The translations under genes and the position numbers were made by a program. Positions 60,259-64,000 of a stretch of DNA of 64,000 nucleotides are shown here, piece after piece. Every line of letters begins with the position of its first letter. Position 1 is the stretch's first letter. The stretch is taken from assembly GCA_963752595.1 (NCBI GenBank), contig CAVVYZ010000013.1:96001-160000 (forward strand). Reading direction: 5' to 3'. The notes under the pieces were generated by a model. The model made no database searches. It saw nothing but the letters and a program-made list of their open reading frames with translations, and was not told where the DNA came from. This stretch comes from an uncultured delta proteobacterium (GTDB taxonomy: Bacteria; Desulfobacterota; Desulfomonilia; UBA1062).

Positions 60259-60756
60259 ATCTTCCCTTTTCTTCTCTTTTTCAGATAGATGGATCTTTTC
60301 AGGAAGGAGGCATAGTCCAGAATAACGACGCCGTTGAGGTGGTCTATCTCATGCTGAAATATTCTTGCAAGGAAGCCTTCGGCCTCTATCCGCACCTCTT
60401 TGCCCTTGAGGTCGATACCCGAGTACCAGGATCCTCGTTGACCGGGTGACATCGACGGATGTCTCGGGTACGCTTAAGCACATCTCGCTGTCCGTCTCGG
60501 CCCCTTCTTTCTCGATGATCACCGGGTTGGCAAGCACGATGAGCCTATTCTCTTCCTTGCCGGTAGTCGGGTCGACAACAATGAGCCGCTTATGCTGTCC
60601 GACCTGGGGCGCGGCGAGACCCACTCCGGGGGCGGCATACATGGTCTGTGTCATGTCTTCGGCAAGGTTGACGATATCAAGATCGATATTTTCTACCTCG
60701 TCAGCCTTGGATTTGAGGACACTGTCGGGATAGAGTACGATTTCTTTTTTCGGCAT
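60255..60756 (-). CDS. def: Peptide deformylase (frameshifted)
   Basis: [26 protein letters not shown]. Confidence 0.94.
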
Positions 60757-60815
60757 AATAAATATAAAATAAGACTAAAGGTCTTACTCTGTCAAGTAGG
60801 CCTATTCCTTAGAGT

Positions 60816-60953
60816 TTACCTGTTGGGGAATAATGGGGGATTCCGGTACTTCTGGTATTGGGAACACTTAGTATTGTACCTGCATACCTTGCAGACATCG
60901 AGTGCTACCTTGGGTGATCCTTTGCGTTTATGGCATAAAATATATGTTCTCAT
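60816..60953 (-). CDS. Putative 45-aa four-Cys protein
   Basis: MRTYILCHKRKGSPKVALDVCKVCRYNTKCSQYQKYRNPPLFPNR; weak RBS. Confidence 0.45.
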   Translation of the reverse strand: MRTYILCHKRKGSPKVALDVCKVCRYNTKCSQYQKYRNPPLFPNR

Positions 60954-61169
60954 GGAGTTTTGTATCCTAAAGATGAAAAAGCTGTTCTTGTGATGTCGTC
61001 CGATACCTTAAAACACGGCCTGGAGCTTAACAAATCCATCTTCACTCCGTGATTTCACCATAGCATATCCGGAGACGAGGTCAAGCCTATGATGAAGGGT
61101 CCCATTGGATAAAGAGGCTCCCGTCGTAACCATCGCGATGAGCCCGATTCAGTACGGAAAGCATACGGC

Positions 61170-61984
61170 ATGTACCGTCATCTTTTTTCCCGGACTTCTG
61201 TTCGAGGTGAAGAGCACCTCCCCCGCCTTCCCTGGATGAGGAAGTCGGAAACTTGCCGGTAAGCGGGGTGGGCTCCCAGTTGATCTCGATCACATGGCAG
61301 TTCGACTTCATGCAGTGGGATACCCCCGATCCCCCTGAGGAGGGAATTCATCCCTTGGCGATCCTGGGCAGGGAAGCGGCGGGCTCCACCTGGGCGGAGG
61401 TGCCGATCACGAGCATGAGGTCGCAGTCGTCCGCCTCACGGAAGGATCTCTTCAGCGCATCCTGGGGTATCGCCTCGCCGAAGAAGACTGCATCGGGCTT
61501 CAGACCCCTCTGCACCTGCATTTCGGCGTGAACGGCCCTTTTCCAGCTCCTCGAGCACATGCTCATAGCCATATTTTTACCGCATTTCATGCACCTTGCG
61601 AAGAGCATGTTGCCGTGGAACTCGATGACATTGCGGTTGCCGGCCTTCTGGTGGAGGTTGTCCACATTCTGGGTGATGACGGTCTTGACGATCCCTATTT
61701 TCTCCAGATAGGCCAGCGCCTTGTGGCCCGGTATTCGGCTGGGCATCCCAGAGCGTGAACTCGCTGGATCGGTGCATATCGAGCATGCACCTCCAGACGT
61801 CTTCAGGGTCGGCGAGAAAACGTTCGATGAAAAACATGGTAGGATCGTACCGCTCCCATATCCCGCCGGGGGATCTGAAGTCAGGCACGCCGGATTCCGT
61901 GGATATCCCGGCACCGGTGAGAACGACTGCATGGGCTGCTTCCAGCAGGAGATCCACGGTCTTATCAATGAGGCGCAAATCCAT
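61170..61984 (-). CDS. cobB: Sir2-family NAD-dependent deacylase (frameshifted; end approximate)
   Basis: LTGAGISTESGVPDFRS, ITQNVDNLH, EFHGN, KPDAVFFGE, IGTSAQVEPAA, IEIN. Confidence 0.9.
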
Positions 61985-62045
61985 GAAATCGCTTTATCAG
62001 AGGCGGCAGTTAAGGTCAAATAGAAGATACCGTCAGGCAATAGGA

Positions 62046-63574
62046 TTATAAGATCATCTCCTCATTCCTGCGGTCACTGCCGAGCACCAGGAATATCCCC
62101 GCAAGCAGGACGTATCCCAGACTGATTGCATAGTGGGCAGTCGATGCAACCTTCCAGGGAAGGTAAACTTCCCCTGTGGGCAGAATGGAGTGGATGATGC
62201 CGAACAGGGTAAAGACGGCACAGGTGATGGCATACAGAGCCGCCATCCTCGGCTTGCGGTCAATGACAAAGGCCACCATGCCTCCCCAGAGCAGGGCAGT
62301 CATGATAAACCCGTTGCTGAGGACCGTTAAGGACTGGAGCATGACCTGCAGACGTACCGGAAGCTTGTCAGGGGTGATCCCGCCGGCTCCCAGATATTGT
62401 CCGAGTATGATCATGATCAGGCTGGCGATCACCGGCAGGAAGCTGAAGCTCACCGCTTCGGAATGCTCGGGAGGAGACTCTTTATAGGCCTGGCGCACGA
62501 TCTCGAATCCGATGAACAGGAAGATCGGTGCCAGCACTGCACGGGGAATAAGGCTCACTCCCAGGGACAGCAGGCCCACCAGTGATCCCAGACCCACCAG
62601 CAGCCCGGTGAGCAGGGTGTACCACTAGGTTGCGCCCATCTTCTTATACGCCGGATGCCCGATATAAGGCGTTGTCTGGGCCACACCCCCGAAAAAAGCA
62701 GCGATGAGCGAAGTGAATGCCTCCGTGAGCAGGATGTCCCGGGTCCGGTACTCGTCTCCGGCCAGCCGTGCGCTTTCGGTATTATTGATCCCCCCGATGA
62801 TGGTCAGGATGCCGAACGGAATGGCCATGGGCAGATACTGAATCGCCCTGGGCAGGGCCGTCAGGAATCCAGGGAAAAGACGGCAGGCACAGGCTTGTCT
62901 CAAAGGAAGGTTTCTGAAATTCTGGGAGATACCCGTTGTATCCCAGGATGAAATGCAGTCCGGTCCCAAGCAGTACGGCTGCCAGAACCCCGGGGAATCC
63001 TTCCGGGAAGCTCGAGCCGTCCGAGGAAATACGGCAAAAATAAGGCCCAGCGCCACCATGCCCACTACGACCTCGTTGAAGATCTCGATCATGGGCAGAA
63101 AACCCAGGAGCAGGAGGCCCACTCCGGCGATGGAGCCCAGGAGGCCTGCCGTGGGAATGACACGCTGCACGAGCCGCCGATAAAGGAGGTGATGACCTTG
63201 ACGATGCCGATCATGAAAAGGGTGGCCATCCCGATCTGCCAGGTGAGCTCGGCATCGCGCGTGGCAATATAGGCCGGCCCGATCACGGCGTAGGCCAGGC
63301 CGATGGATGACGGGCGTATCCAGACCCAGGGGCATGGCGGTGACGTCTTTCCTGCCTGTCTTTTTCCCAGCCGGAGGGCCAGCCAGGTGTAGATCAGATC
63401 CCCGAAGAGAACGCCCATGGCCGTCCCGGGGATCATGCGCTTCAGGATGATCTCGGCCGGATAGTTGAAGGTGAAGATGAGGATGGAGCTTAGGAAGACG
63501 AGCACTCCGAGATTATCGAGGAAAAGGGCCAGGAATGCGGTCGTTTCACCCCAGAATCTGTTCCTGTCACGCAT
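62046..63574 (-). CDS. Xanthine/uracil (NCS2/AzgA-related) permease-like protein, frameshifted
   Basis: Multi-TM; MPLGLDTP, GLLGSIAG, ESARLAGDEY, TTPYIGHPAYKKMG. Confidence 0.8.
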
Positions 63575-63631
63575 GGATACTCCCTTCATGCCTTCCCTTA
63601 AGCATCCTTGCTCGGGCAGACGCACCTGAGG

Positions 63632-64000
63632 TTATCGTGATTTCAAATGCTCCATGACCACCTGATGCATGAGCTCGACAGGGGCTTCCTGGCCGGTAAA
63701 CAGCTCGAACTGCAGGGCAGCCTGGTTGATGAACATCTCGGCACCGGAGATCACGGCAAGTCCGTATGCCCTGGCATCGCGCAGCAGCTTCGTTTCAAGG
63801 GGGTTGTAGACGATATCGAGCACCACCTGATCCGGACGGAACAGGGAAGAGGGTATGAGGGAGACATCCTCATTCGGGTGCATGCCCACGGGTGTACAGT
63901 GGATAATGATATCGGACGTCTTCATGGCCTCTGCGAGCGAGTCCCGGCCCAGGGCGGCAGAACTGATGCATGCATCCGTGCCGGCCTTAAGGTCGGCTGC
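63632..64000 (-). CDS. aroE: Shikimate dehydrogenase, 5' part outside the window
   Basis: IIIHCTPVGM, DIVYNPLETKLL, GAEMFINQAALQFELFTG. Confidence 0.92.
   Translation of the reverse strand, partial: AADLKAGTDACISSAALGRDSLAEAMKTSDIIIHCTPVGMHPNEDVSLIPSSLFRPDQVVLDIVYNPLETKLLRDARAYGLAVISGAEMFINQAALQFELFTGQEAPVELMHQVVMEHLKSR

Overview
Chromosomal window from a GC-rich anaerobic bacterium, most likely a deltaproteobacterium (Desulfobacterota-like; inferred from gene content such as dfx/rubredoxin/FprA/rubrerythrin and a glycyl radical enzyme). The left part (1-31 kb) is accessory. It holds a glycyl radical enzyme running off the edge and a MABP-repeat lipoprotein. Next is an AT-rich, integrase-less integron cassette array (~6.3-11.4 kb; four intact and one degenerate attC site). 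Its cassettes encode an AbiJ-like HEPN protein, a DUF4062-TIR protein whose C-terminal Lrp/AsnC-type (RAM) domain is hidden by a 1-nt frameshift, and several unknowns; a patatin gene lies just beyond the last site. After the array come a TetR regulator with an orphan 576-aa gene, and a TatT lipoprotein linked to a Dpp/Opp ABC transporter between two inverted REP-like repeats. Then follow a stress/glycan block, a mosaic of gene fragments and a candidate ~270-nt structured RNA. The right part (32-64 kb) is mostly housekeeping: CoA transferase, argC, rplM-rpsI, ispG-proS-relA/spoT, rpmB, tRNA-Leu(GAG), a Fur/PerR-boxed oxidative-stress cluster, mlaD-like/TPR/rpe/fmt/def, cobB, a permease and aroE. 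Three patches (~16-20.5 kb, ~51.5-52.3 kb, ~59-63.4 kb) are dense in single-base indels, including in def/fmt/rpe. This points to sequencing or consensus error, not real pseudogenes. All family assignments come from motif recognition by eye; no database search was run.
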